A stretch of DNA of 62,723 nucleotides, counting the filler. It is 4 parts of 4 records of this genome, joined end to end, with 100 filler letters (N's around TTAATTAATTAA, not from the genome) between each part and the next. Parts side by side here need not be neighbours in the genome. Positions count along the whole stretch, not along the records: positions 55,622 to 62,723 come from SRR22947727_3856; 3 more parts are not named here. The stretch is one strand, 5' to 3'. The translations under genes were made by a program, and so were the position numbers. The notes beneath the pieces were generated by a model, which saw only the letters and a list, made by a program, of their open reading frames with translations, was not told the DNA's origin and did not search any database. Within the stretch, counting starts at the first letter, position 1, and every line of letters starts with the position of its first letter. This document shows positions 62,659-62,723 of this stretch, piece by piece.

Positions 62659-62687
62659 TTTACTTAAAAATTATTGTTAGGTAACAT
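62659..62687 (+). promoter_or_regulatory. probable sigma70 promoter of tRNA-Ala
   Basis: TTTACT (62659-62664), 17 nt, TAACAT (62682-62687), 10 nt before the tRNA. Confidence 0.5.
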
Positions 62688-62697
62688 ACCGTTAATT

Positions 62698-62723
62698 GGG
62701 GCTATAGCTCAGCTGGGAGAGCG
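62698..62723 (+). tRNA. tRNA-Ala, 5' part only (anticodon outside the window)
   Basis: GGGGCTATAGCTCAGCTGGGAGAGCG is the canonical 5' end of proteobacterial tRNA-Ala. Confidence 0.85.

Noticed and set aside
1..62723. CRISPR array, prophage, transposase, retron or other defence system
   Set aside because: I saw no spaced direct repeats and no cas, reverse transcriptase, transposase, phage structural or restriction genes. Nearly all the DNA is accounted for by housekeeping genes.

Overview
This window is not one genome. It is four unrelated contigs joined by three identical 100-bp artificial spacers (N44-TTAATTAATTAA-N44 at 23856-23955, 48452-48551 and 55522-55621). The taxonomic labels below are inferred from protein similarity and gene order. 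Contig A (1-23855) looks like an AT-rich betaproteobacterium (Methylophilaceae/OM43-like). It carries a partial tRNA-fMet, htpG, the tcdA-acpS-pdxJ-recO-era-rnc-lepB-lepA block, the rpoE-rseA-rseB-degP locus, nadB, slyD, a RimB-like protease/RimK fusion, suhB, trmJ-cysE and an isc operon with two cysteine desulfurases. Contig B (23956-48451) looks like an AT-rich alphaproteobacterium (Caulobacterales/Maricaulales-like). It carries a gammaproteobacterial-style ilvG-ilvM-leuA-leuC-leuD-leuB-ilvA operon, xerC, a NifU-like gene, yidD, thrS, an envelope glycosylation module, chorismate mutase-tyrC, ydcF-ftsX-ftsE, lysA-lptM and argH. Contig C (48552-55521) is flavobacterial: Lrp/AsnC, an M14 peptidase, an XRE regulator, a lipoprotein, parC-parE and the end of ychF. 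Contig D (55622-62723) looks like a SAR86-like gammaproteobacterium: a thiolase-like gene, a methyltransferase, fabI, a Cys-rich TonB-dependent receptor, an MBL hydrolase and a partial tRNA-Ala. Most of the content is housekeeping. I found no CRISPR array, prophage, transposase or defence system, and I cannot support a clearly new multi-gene system. The best leads are (i) three copies of a 12-bp palindrome TTACAATTGTAA around an uncharacterised flavobacterial XRE gene next to topoisomerase IV, (ii) the single-polypeptide RimB-RimK fusion and (iii) the apparently foreign ilv/leu operon in the alphaproteobacterial contig.
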